Shown: one piece after another, positions 26,405 through 38,760 of the stretch
Layout of the letters: each line of letters begins with the position of its first letter
Numbering within the stretch: the stretch's first letter is position 1
Notes under the pieces: generated by a model
Seen by the model: the letters and a program-made list of their open reading frames with translations, nothing else
Database searches by the model: none
Told to the model about the DNA's origin: nothing
Source of the DNA: Octopus sinensis
Lineage: Eukaryota
Direction: 5' to 3'
Length of the DNA: 64,000 nt
Assembly: GCF_006345805.1 (NCBI RefSeq)
Contig: NC_043018.1
Span: forward strand, 25,358,001-25,422,000
Program-made: the position numbers and the translations under genes

Positions 26405-29154
26405 ACCGACCAGACCATCAGATGTTGTTACACATCGCTGGTCACAACGCGTTCGCATTGTTTTAGCCTTCGAATGACGCCACCCCGCTGGCTCAGTGAG
26501 CAGGCCTATATATATATATATATATTTTGTAAATCCCCACCCCCCAAAAAATGAAGAACAATTACAAGAAAGAAAAAAAAACAATTCGAAGACATGGCAC
26601 ATGCAAAGTATCAGCAGACGCTAACTAGGCTATCAGACGTTGCACATCACTGGTTACAATGTGTTTTGCATTGTTTTAGCCTTCACATGACACCCCAACC
26701 CTGGCTAGACAAGCAGGCCAACATTCCCCCCACACACACCAAATAAAAGCAGGATTGGAGTAATGTGAAATGAAGTGTTTTGCTCAAGAACACAACACAT
26801 CACCCTATCAGGGGATTGAACCTATAATCTAGCGATTGTGAGTGCAACAGTCCTAACCACTATATATATATATCATCATCATCATCATCGTTTAGTGTCC
26901 GCTTTCTATGCTAGCATGAGTTGGAAGGTTCAACTTGGGTCTGGGAAGCCAGAAGGCTGCACCAGGCCTAGTCTGATTTGGCAATGTTTCTACGGCTGGA
27001 TGCCCTTCCTAATGCCAACCACTCCGAGAGTGTAGTGGGTGCTTTTTACGTGCCAGACGAGGCTGGCAAACGGCCACGATCGGATGGTGCTTTTTACATG
27101 CCACCAGCACAGAGGCCACGTTCGGATGGTTCTCTTACGTGCCACGTAGCCGTTGCCAGCGCCAATACAAATAAGAAAATGGAGAAACAATTTAGTTTGT
27201 TCATCAACTTTTGGATATTAGAATGTTGAATTATTTATTCATTTAACAAAATGAGAACCTTAATAGCATAAAGTAGAAGTCATTTGCCCAAGGTGCCATT
27301 GCCGTAGAACTAAACCCAAAGCCCCATGGTTGAGAAGAGAACATTTTAACCACCCAGCCAGGCTTGCAACTTTATTTGCACTCATATTTTTCATTTGATT
27401 ATTTGGCTGCATGGGATAAGTGGAGGCATGGCTGTGTGGTAAGAAGTTTGGTTCCCAGCCACATAGTTTCAGGTTCAGTCTCACTCCATGGCCTTTGGGC
27501 AATGTCTTCTACTATAGCTCCAAACAAACCAAAACTTTGTGAGTAGATTTAGTAGGCAGAAACTGAAAGAAACCAGTCAAATGTGTGTGTGTGTGTCTGT
27601 TCTCCACTTGACAACCGGTGTTGGTTTGTTTACATCCCCATAATTGTTTTGGCTAAAGAAACAAACAGAATAAGTACCAGACTTAAGAAAAAAAAAACAA
27701 GTACAGAAGTTGGTTCATTTGACAGAAATCACTTCCAAACAGAGCTGTACCATGGCTGCAGTCAATGACAGAATCAAGCAAAAGATAAGAGAGACTTAGA
27801 AGAATGAAGGCACCATCCACTACCTTTTTTTAAGCATCTCACAAACAAGAGTGGCAGAAGGGAAAAGGAGCAAAAAAATAAAAAAAAAACGAAAGACTGC
27901 TCTGCTGAGACCAGAAATCTGCTCTGCTGAGAGCAACAGAGTAGACCCCTCTACTAAAGAAGCCACTCAAAAAGGCCAGGTTATCCCAGACACTAGACCA
28001 AGTTGATACTTCCTACACTGGTGTATTTGGGTAGCAGCATTCCACTAATATATATATAGTTTGAGAAAACAACCTTACATTCTATTCAGTATTCTCAGTT
28101 TCCCAAAATAAATATACACGCCTTATGAATAATCACATGAGAAGGACAATTGTCATCATCATCGTTTAACATCCGCCTTCCATGCTGGTATGGAGTTTGG
28201 ACAGTTTGGACAGTTTGACAAGAGCTGCCAGGCAGAAGCCTACATCAGACTTCTGTGACTGTTTTGGTATGGTTTTTTTATGGCTTGATGCCCTTCCTAA
28301 CATCAACCACTCATCAAAGTGGACTTAGTGCTTTTTACATGGGACAAGCACAGGCGAGGTCAGTTTTAGCAAGGTTTTTACAGCTGGATGCCCTTCCAAA
28401 TGCCAATAACTTTACAGTGTGGGCTGGGTGCTTTTAAGTGGCACCTGCATTGACAGGGTTCCCAAGTACTTACAAGACAAAAAAAAAACTCTTTTGGAGG
28501 AGGTGCTCTTATGTTAGATGATGAAAGGTTATAGTGAGGCAGAGAGATATAAACAGGTGTCTTGCTGTAGAGGAAGTACAAGGACATCCGGCCAGAGAGA
28601 GAGAGATCAAGAATGAAGACAAAAACAGGTGCACTGTTGCAAAGAAAGTGCAGGAGGATAGAGAAAGGAAGAGAAAGAGAGGCAGACAGCAGGATAGAGA
28701 ATATAGCAAAGTACCAGACATACCAACAAGGGATGGGGGATCAGAATATAAATGGGATGGTTGAGTAAAGGAAGGGAGAGGCATAGATGGTGGCAAGTGC
28801 CAGGGCAGAAGACAATTATACATCCTGCTCAAGGCTTTAATTTCCCTAATGTACATACATACTTCCTTGTTTATCATTGTTTTTACATCTGCTTTTTCAA
28901 GTTAAACAGGACATTTCAAAGCAATAGGCACAGGTGTTGCTGTGTGATAAGGAGTTTGCTTCTCAACAACATGCCTCTGTGTTCAGTCCCATGCCGACCA
29001 AAGCCTTGAGTGGATTTAGTAGCCAGAAACTAAAAGAAGCCCATCATATATATATATACATAGTAAATCCTAAAAAGAACACAAAAAACAAAACAACACA
29101 AAGATGTGGTACATGTAAAGTATTAGCAGATGCACAGGGAAGGAAAGAAAGATG

Positions 29155-29190
29155 GTTTAACGTTTCGAGCAGATGCTCTTCTTCAGAAAC
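29155..29190 (-). ncRNA. Minimal type I hammerhead ribozyme motif in a Penelope-like fragment (about 29060-29250)
   Basis: Minus strand GUUU-CUGAAGA-A-GAGC-AUCU-GCUC-GAAAC-GUU-AAAC: catalytic core, stem II, palindromic stem III and a 4-bp stem I. Confidence 0.65.
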
Positions 29191-29246
29191 AGGAAAGTCC
29201 AATAGAAGAGAAGACAGGAAGAAAATTGCTAACGATTCATGTGTGG

Positions 29247-29294
<48 letters not shown>

Positions 29295-31231
29295 CCAAGT
29301 CATACCAGCATGGAAGGTGGATGATGAAGATTATATATATAGATAATCTAAATAACATGTTAAATGATGATGGCAATGATGATCACAGAAGGGTCAATAA
29401 AATAATTATGTGCCAAGTCTAAAATTGATATTACTGACTTTATCCACTTCCTGAGTTGATGACACGATACCACCTGTCTAAGAAATCATTATCAACACTA
29501 TAAAATGCCTCCATGGTACATCATCATCAACAACGCCCACTTTACCAGGATTCAGCAAGTCAGATAGAATTTGTCGAGACAGATTTTATATGGTCAGATG
29601 TCCTTCTGCTTGCAACCCTCACCTGGTTCCAAACAGGATAATATTTCCCCATAGCCAAACATGTTCTTCAAAGAAGACTGGAAACAAACAACACCACCTG
29701 TAAGACAGTGATGCTCATTTACAACCACCACATTATGTCAACACAAGGATACACACACATATTCTTTTATTCTTTATTCTTTTACTTGTTTCAGTGCTGG
29801 AGCACTGCCGTCAAACAAATCAACCCTAGGAATTATTTCTTAAGCCAAATACTAATTCTATTGGTTTATTTTGATGAACCACTAAGTCACAGAGACATAA
29901 CACATCAACACCAGTTGTCCAAGTGGTGATGGAGTGTGTGTGTGTGGGGGGGTAACAAACACAGACACAAAAGACACACACACACATATATATATATATA
30001 TACATATATATACATATTGTGGCCATGCTAGGGCACTGCCTTGAGAGGTTTAACTGAACAAATTTACCCTTGTACATATTTTATCAATCTCTTTTTTTCT
30101 TTCAAATTGTCAAGTTACAGGGACATAAACAAACCAACACCAGTTGTCATGCAGTGGAACTGAACCTGGAATCGTGATTGCAACGCAAGCTTCTTAACCA
30201 CATAGCAATGCCTGATTATACAGAACATACTACATGGCAAAAGGTGTGAGCACCCACTTCTACTCAATAAAGAAGTTAAATAATAAATCAACTGGAATGA
30301 AATGGATCAATGAGTTTCTCTTTTATCATTTCTTCTTTTTTTTTTAGGGAGAAAAAGCAAAATGACCCCAAAAAAGGTAGGTACACATTAACCCTTTTAG
30401 CATTCAGATTACCGTGTCATACATAATGTTTATAAGCTCATTTTGTTTTCAGCTTATCAGGCATTATTTCACAGCAACAATATCTCAAGGCTGCGATTGT
30501 TTATTTTTAGAATGACATTGTAGGATAGGTGTGAGAGGCTGGATCTGGCTGGTTTCAACGTAAAACAGGTAGAATATATGGGACGGCTATGGCCAGTTAA
30601 AACACAAAAAGAAAGAAAAGGAGAGAATTTCTGATTAATTCATGTGACAAGCATAAGGTGGAGATTTGAGCAAATTACCTTCATATTCTCCTCACCCTAC
30701 AATCTTAAAAAAAGGAACGACACATTGGATGTGGTTCTAGATACACTGTGTCTGAATAATAGATGGGATGATCATAAATCTGTTCAATTAGAACAGACCT
30801 ATGATCAACAAAGAATAAACAACAAATGAAGAAATGCTTATAAGTTTATATCTGTTTACATGTCATACGAGAAAAGGTGAAAGTCTAAGTAATGCCTATT
30901 GTTGAGAGTCAAGTCCACAAAGATATATTTTGGGCGGAAGCATGGCTGTGCGACAAGAAGTCTGCTTCCTAATCGTGTTTTCAGGTTCAGTCCCCTCTGT
31001 GTGGCACCTTGGTCAACCAAAACCTTGTGAGTGGATTTGGGAAATGGAAACTGAAAGAAGCCCATCAAAAGAGTGGCTGTGTGGCAAGTAGCTTGCCTAC
31101 CAACTACATAGTTCCACGCTCAGTCCCACTGTATGGTACCTTAAGCAAGTGACTTCTACTATAACTTCGGGCTGACCAAAGCCTTGTGAGTAGATTTGGC
31201 AGATGGAAACTGAAAGAAGCCCATTGTATAC

Positions 31232-31620
31232 TCTTTTTACTAGTTTCAGTCATTTGATTGCAGCCATGCTGGAGCACCGCCTTTAATCGAGCAACTCGAC
31301 CCCAGGACTTATTCTTTTTTAAGCCCAGTACTTATTCTATCGGTCTCTTTTGCCGAACCGCTAAGTAACAGGGACATAAACACACCAGCATCGGTTGTCA
31401 AGCAATGCTAGGGGGACAAACACACACACGCATATATATATATATATACATATATACGACGGGCTTCTTTCAGTTTCCGTCTACCAAATCCACTCACAAG
31501 ACTTTGGTCGACCCGAGGATATAGTAGAAGACACTTGCCCAAGGTGCCACGCAGTCGGACTGAACCCGGAACCATGTGGTTGGTAAACAAGCTACTTACC
31601 ACACAGCCACTCCTGCGCCT
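31232..31620 (-). mobile_element. Near-intact SINE, family A
   Basis: Reverse complement of 14351-14766 with CpGs retained. Confidence 0.9.
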
Positions 31621-32401
31621 ATGTGTGTGTAAATGTCTGTGTGACATATATATATACACACCGAGCCCAAATCAGACTGGAGCCTGGTACAGCTCCCTGG
31701 CTTACCAGTTCCAGTCAATCCGTCTAACCTAAAGTGGCTCCCAAACATTTTCGGGCCGCCACCCACTAGACACCAAGGCCATATTCCTAGCGCCCACACC
31801 CCAACTAACCATCACAAACATAGACCTCTTTCTGAAGCAAATTCAAGGCAATTGTATTTCACAAATAAAACTTAACGAACCCATTATTTTGTTTTTACAT
31901 GAATAAGTAACCCTATTATCACTCCACTTTTTACATGAATCGCTACCCCATTATCGCCCCACCTTTCTTCAACGCCTCCTTGGAACTTTCCACCGCCCCC
32001 AAGGGGGCAATACTGCCCACTTAGGGAACACTGGCAGCATGGAGAACGGACGCTAATGGTGATGATGAGAATATATATATATATTATCAATGTATCTTTC
32101 CTTTTAACAGTAGGTGCAATTTGACAGTTATTTCTAGCGAGTCGAGTTACCACGAAGTGGTTCCCTTCCCGTTTATTTGACGAAAGAAGTGTGTGCCGAG
32201 AATTCCCACGTCAATTATTTTACTGCACACGATTGTGTTTGTGTTTGCTTTACATTTAACAAGGCCAGGGGAAAGGGAGCCGGATGCAGTGGCGGGCATT
32301 ATCAATGCAAACGGTGGTGTGAAGAGAACTTGGGGCAATCGGAAGTTCGAAAACACGATCGCCGAAATGATTCTAAAACACGTGCTTATATCAGTGTAGA
32401 G

Positions 32402-32601
32402 CAGTGCTCCGCAACCGGTATGCCGCGGCACGCTGGCGTACTGCGAGAAGATACTAGATACTAGGTGTGCCGCAGTGTAACCTGAATATGATCCCCCCCC
32501 CCGCTATACTTTTAGTTATGTTGTTAGTTCATGTGTGACGCCGAATTTTGAAAAGAATATAAGTGTACCGCAAGTGGGAAAAAAGTGGTTGCGGTGCACC
32601 G
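32402..32601. mobile_element. hAT (Charlie/Buster-type) MITE
   Basis: TIRs CAGTGCTCCGCAACC / GGTTGCGGTGCACCG with a perfect 8-bp TSD GTGTAGAG. Confidence 0.85.
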
Positions 32602-33879
32602 GTGTAGAGGGAAGAAGACAAACTAGCCAAACGAATGTGGCGTACAGTGTGTACACACACACATATATATACACACACACACTCCACACAGAGAAACGGA
32701 GAGAGGGTGGTGAGCAAGCTAACATACTACGAAGTCTAGACCACATGCGGATTTTTAAGCCGTCTAATATTCACTGAGAACCTTCGACACAGTCGACAGT
32801 CGCTCAATGCTTCCTAATCTTAATTATGATGGCTAAGCACAGAGTGAAGCTATTTTGACAATCCGGTCCCGACTTCACTTCAACTGCATTTTTATACGGC
32901 CAAGGATGTAATCGGTCAGGTCGCCAAGCCTCCTTTAAATCACACGCTCATCGTCTTGAGAGGTTCTGGGTTATCTGCACACCGGGAAGAAAAAACGGTG
33001 ATGGTTATTAGCCGGGATACCTTTGAAAATAAGTCTGTTTGAGCAGCGCTGACCTAGGTGACCAAACAACAATCGCCAATGAACGAGTCTCCAGGTGGAC
33101 AGACTTGCTAGAAATAAAGGGACAAATTTCCTTAAAAAAAGAATTAAAAAAGGATAGTGAATAACGTCGTGCGGCTGACAAAAGCTTTGTCAGTGGATTT
33201 GGTAGACGGAAATTGAAAGAAGCCCGTCGTGTGTGTGACTGTCACCCCCACCATCGCTTGACAGTCGTTGTTGGTGTTTACGTTCTCGTAACTTAGCGGT
33301 TCGGCAAAAGAACCGACAGGATAAGTAAGAATGAATCCTGGGGTCGATTTGCTCGACTAAATGCGGTGCTCCAGCATGGCCAGTCAAATGACTGAAAAGA
33401 ATAAAAGAATATACATGTGTATGTGTGTAAAGTGGTGGTTATGGTTGGAACGCCTTTGACCATAAATCAACTAGTTCATGGCTGATTGGGAAGAGATTAA
33501 AGAACGACAATAACAACTACCAACGGACAAGCATCTAATGGGAATGTTCGATCTGCTTGAAATAGGGGATTTCCCATTAAAAAAAAAGGCACGGAGACAC
33601 ATTGGAGTGATGTAGGCCTTTATAAACTGTCTGAAAGAGAAAATAGATGGGGGAGGTACATCCAACACGAGATCAACAACTGGTGAATGAATGTCGCCCA
33701 CTCCCGTTTCATTTGATTTTAAAAACTGCGAGAAATACCATCGTCCCATCTCAGGAACATTCGTTGAGGTGGAGGAACAAGAAAAAGTTCTCGAGTCGGG
33801 AAAGCCACGAAGGATATTTCTGTTAAGAATATCCAGTTTGGCGTCTACACAAAAACAAAAGGCACTACGACTACTATTA

Positions 33880-34220
33880 CTTTGCCTTTCATCCTTTCGG
33901 GGTTGATAAATAAAGTACCAGTTACGCACTGGGGTCGATGTAATCGACTTAATCCCTTTGTCTGTCCTTGTTTGTCCCCTCTATGTTTAGCCCCTTGTGG
34001 GCAATAAAGAAATAATAATAATTATTATTATTATTTAGGGTGGCGAGCTGGCAGAATCGTTAGCACGCTGGGACGAAATGTTTAGCGGTATTTCGTCTGC
34101 CGTTACGTTCTGAGTTCAAATTCCGCCGAGGTCGACTTTGCCTTTCATCCTTTCGAGGTCGATAACCTAAGTACCAGTGACACACTGGGGTCGATGCAAT
34201 CGACACATTCCATCCCCCCA
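33880..34220 (+). mobile_element. Tandem SINE family B copies
   Basis: GGCGAGCTGGCAGAATCGTTAG head, GAGTTCAAATTCC B-box, GCCTTTCATCCTTTCGRGGTCGATAA core. Confidence 0.85.
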
Positions 34221-35530
34221 AACTGCTGTCGTTGTAGTAAATTTTGAAATTATTATTATTAATAATAATAATAATAATAATACGAGTACGTTAGTACGCT
34301 GGACAAATTGCTTGGCAACATTTTCTCCTGCACTTTACGTCCTGAGTTCAAGTGCGGTCGGGGTCGACTTTGCTTCTGCTCCTTTCAGGGTTGATAAAGT
34401 GAGTACCAGTTGAGAACGGGGGAGGCAGGAGAGCGATTTTATTGACTGGCCCCCTTCCCTACAAAATTTCGGGGTTTTTTTTTGCTTATAATAAAAAAGA
34501 TTATTATTATTGAAACAGAATGGAGCGAGTCATTCAAGTCCGGAAGACATGCCAACCTCTACGTATTCCATCGAAATGTTAGAAATAGCTGATAAATGTA
34601 TCCCTCAAATCACACCCAACCGTCTTTTAAAAAAAATAAAAGAAGGGGGGGGGGCATAGCGGAGGTAAAGAATACGCACACCACTCGTTCCCAGCGTAAC
34701 CCTAATGCTGAAAATAACCCTAAACACCGTATTCTTTGCTTTCGCCTGGAAGAATTAGATATTGTAGTCCAAAATATATTGTGTTTGACTGAAAAAAAAT
34801 CAAAAGACGGAATAGTCACGGCTAGAACACAGTAGATCTCAAGTCTGCTTGGAGCAGTACTGACCAAGGGTTAAACAGCTACAACAAACAGAGAAACAAT
34901 GTTCTTGTTCCAAAAGAAACTAAACAATAATATCACCATCATCATCACTACCACCACCGCAAACATCTACTACTACAACCACTACTACTACAATCACTAC
35001 TACTACATTCAACATCAACACAACTATCACTAACATCACAGCTACTACTACTACTACTACTATTATTATTATTATTGCTTCTTAGATCTGCGACAAATTA
35101 AAGGGAAATTCCCCAAAAAAACCCCATCGAAAAGGGATATTAAGGAAAGGGAAAGTGGAGAAGGGAGAGGGAACGAAAATAAACACGATCGTCCTCCATG
35201 TTTTCCTTCCCTTCTCCGCCCCTCATTCCGCATTAACTGAAAACAAAATAATTAAGGCCCATATACAATTAGCGCGGATGTGTACATGCGACTGTATGCA
35301 CGTTTCCTTTTGAACGGGTGATACTCCATCTCCGCATTTATTCGCGCATGTATGTGTATGCTAGTACAGATATATATATATATATTCCATGTAAATATAC
35401 ACATCAAGCCTGCTTTCATATATATTTATATATATATATCGCGGGTGTATTAGCCTTCTATCACTCTATATATGAAAATAAGATACATGCATCTTTTCTT
35501 ATATATAAATAAACATATCTATCTATTTAT

Positions 35531-35600
35531 CTAGATAGATAGATAGATAGATAGACAGACAGATAGATAGATAGATAGACAGAAAGATAGATAGATAGAC

Positions 35601-35639
<39 letters not shown>

Positions 35640-35652
35640 CAGAAAGATAGAT

Positions 35653-35706
<54 letters not shown>

Positions 35707-35832
35707 CAGAAAGATAGATGATAGATAGATAGACAGAAAGATAGATGATAGATAGATAGACAGAAAGATAGATGATAGATAGATAGATAGACAGAAAGAT
35801 AGACAGATAGATAGATAGATAGACAGACAGAC
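35531..35832. repeat. Compound (GATA)n/(GACA) tetranucleotide array
   Basis: Direct inspection; contains higher-order repeating variants (GACAGAAAGATAGATGATAG). Confidence 0.95.
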
Positions 35833-37789
35833 GACTACATACACATGTGTATATCGATATATTATAATCATCACATTTCGTTGTATTTGTATACAATGAC
35901 AAACCAACAAACCAGATTGCGGCTATGCATGTATGTATGTATGTATATGTATGCGTATTGCATAGCAAACGGCGAGATATATTCTCTCTTCTTGTCGGGA
36001 CAGCAGATTTAAAACACGGAAGATGAGGGAGGACATACACGCGTGCGACTGTGTATGTCTGTATACACATTACATCTATTTGGCTGTCTTGGTGGAAACT
36101 CCACAAAGATGATACACAATTCATCGCACAGACATTTCACACAGCAGCAACAAACATCAAACAAGCAACTACCATGTTTTCATGTCGAATTTACTCACTG
36201 AAAGAAACTTCGGGCAGGGTGGAATTTTGTTTCCGAATTTTTTATTTCCGTCGGGTGTCAGGTTTATCTGAGACAGCGTAATTTCACTTGATTCTTATTC
36301 ATCTTTAAAACAATTTTTTTTTTTTGCGGAGTATTTCTTAATAATAGAAAAAAAATCGCGAAACCTTTTAAATCAACATAATATAACAATAATAATAATA
36401 ATCAAGTTGGTGCGCTGGCATAGTTGTTAGGGCGCCGAACGAAATGCTTCGACAAGTTCTTCCGGCTTTTCATGTTCCGAGTTCAAATTCCGCGGAGGCT
36501 GGATGTGCCTTTCATCTTTTCGGAGTCAATGTAAACGACTTATCACCGACACCTCCCACCAAAATTCTTGGCCTTGTTCCAAAATTTGGAATTATTATTA
36601 TTATATGGATTGGCTGACTCATTTGAGCACACTGTATTTTATCCGGCTCTTTGCATCCCGAGTTCGTATCTCGTCGACGTCTCTACTTCGCTATCTATCA
36701 TCAATCTGGAGTCGATAAAAATGAAGTACTACCAAGTTACTAAGGTCGATGGTATTCAATGAACCTCTCCCCTCAAAATTCTTAGTTTTTTATCTAAATC
36801 CCGTGCGAATCAACTTTGTGTAACATCCTTCCGATAGGATAATTTTTTAAAAACCCTAGTTTTTTTTTTTGTTTAACTAGTTCCATGAATTCATCAATAC
36901 CCTCCCCACAAATAAATACGAGTAGTTTGTGCTTATATATGTGGAATTAATGTTACTATAGCTTAGCTGAGCGCGAAATGTTGGGAGAATTTTGTGTTCG
37001 ATAAAGTACCTGTCGTGTACCAACCAGGCTCTATTTAATCTACTATAACCCTAACTTTCTTTCGCAAAATAAAAAATAATAAATAATAATCATTATACAT
37101 ATGTATGTATGTACATGTAGTAGCCTTGTGTCTGTGTTGTTTGAACAGTAACTACGGAAGAGCGCGAAATGTTAAGGGAGGGGGGCAAGATTATTGAACA
37201 AGGAGTGAAAACGGTTGGGGGTGGAGAGATGTGTGTGTGCATATATATATACACACACATATATATATATATATATATAACATTAGGATATGAAGGGGTG
37301 GGTAATATCATGAGGGGGTGACATTTTTAACACATTTTTTAGATTTTTTTCTAAAATGAATAAACTAAATTTATATGTATATCATATATATTTAAGCATG
37401 TTTGTGTGTGTGTGTGTATATGCATGTATGTATATATATATATATATATAAATTTGTGGATTTATTTATATACACATAGACAGCGATGTGTATATTATAT
37501 GTAACCATCAGCAGAAACAGTGAAATATTGGTGATAAAGCAAAGTAGAGAAACAAAAAAAAGGCTTAAATTTTCTGTGATTAAAAATAATAACTGATAGA
37601 CATATACAACACATACATGCATATATATATACACCTTTATACATATATCTAGAAGTATCTATATTACATATATATACATTTATAATCTATAATCGCTGGA
37701 GTGCGTCTGTTATTAGTTGGATCTTGAGGGATTCTTGTGATGTCTTTTAGGAATAAACAAACACCGAACGGAACACACTTCATTTTATG

Positions 37790-37835
37790 CAGACATATAT
37801 GTGAAATGTATGCTTATATAAATATATATTTATGC

Positions 37836-37889
<54 letters not shown>

Positions 37890-37973
37890 AGTGTATTTAT
37901 ACACATATATTTTTGTGTATATATTTATATATTATATATGTAGATTTGTATACATATATATGTATAATATATT

Positions 37974-38017
<44 letters not shown>

Positions 38018-38460
38018 TGCAATGTATGTATATGTGTACATATTTGTGCATGTACATATGAATATATATGTGCGTATATATATATATATATATGAAGTGT
38101 ATATATACATACATCTGTGTATATATTAATATATATACCATGTATGTGTATATATATATATATTTGTGCATGTATATGTAGTGTGTTCATATGAATATAT
38201 ATGTGCGTATATATATAATATATATATATGAAGTGTTTATATACATACATCTGTGTATATATTAATATAAATATATATACCATGTATTTGTGTACATATA
38301 TATATATATTTGTGCATGTATATGTAGTGTGTTTATATATTTTTGAGTGTGTATGTGTATAGATATATACATATAGATTTATATAAATATATATACATAT
38401 ATATGTGTATATATATTGTATGTACATAAATACATGCAATATATATACATATATAAATAC
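37790..38460. repeat. TA-rich low-complexity block with an internal ~130-bp tandem duplication
   Basis: ATGAATATATATGTGCG...TTTGTGCATGTATATGTAGTGTGTT occurs twice (about 38058 and 38190). Confidence 0.85.
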
Positions 38461-38672
38461 ACCATAAGTGGGGGAAGAATAGAAAAAAAAAACGTAGCTA
38501 CACGTGAACAATCGATGGAGATATAATGGCAGGAAGTTGAAGAACTGGAAAACAAGAACTCGAACAGCCACTATCGGAGAAGAAGGCCGTGTCTGAAGAG
38601 GTAAGATGCCAGTAGGAATGGTGCATCTGTGAGTAAACAAACAGCAAAGCATGATCAGAACGGTAAACTCAC

Positions 38673-38687
38673 CTGTTCTTCCGCCAT
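38673..38687 (-). CDS. XPO7: Exportin-7 coding exon 1 (MAEEQ)
   Basis: aaaATGGCGGAAGAACAG|gtgagt: strong Kozak context and perfect donor. Phase 0 joins exon 2 in frame, and the vertebrate exon 1 is similarly short (MADHVQ). Lies in a CpG-rich promoter zone; implies an intron 1 of about 23.5 kb. Confidence 0.85.
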
Positions 38688-38760
38688 TTTTGTATTCCCA
38701 CACAAACATAACGAACGCACCGTTCGAGAGTAAAGCTAAAGCGCAAGCTGATTGGCTGAT
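38681..38760 (-). promoter_or_regulatory. XPO7 promoter elements: YY1-type AAAATGGCGG over the start codon and a CCAAT box
   Basis: CCGCCATTTT at 38681-38690; CTGATTGGCT (NF-Y consensus) at 38748-38757. Confidence 0.6.

Noticed and set aside
25991-26602. Long ORFs rich in YI/HT/CV or LSIY (also 35527-36124, 37897-38709, 58991-60115)
   Set aside because: Translations of TA/TG/GATA microsatellites; no coding signal
33471-33929. 152-aa ORF in intron 1
   Set aside because: Begins inside a SINE, no recognisable domain, no good splice sites
1465-38687. U12-type intron among XPO7 introns 1-6
   Set aside because: All six donors are GTRAG/GTATG U2-type; none reads RTATCCTT
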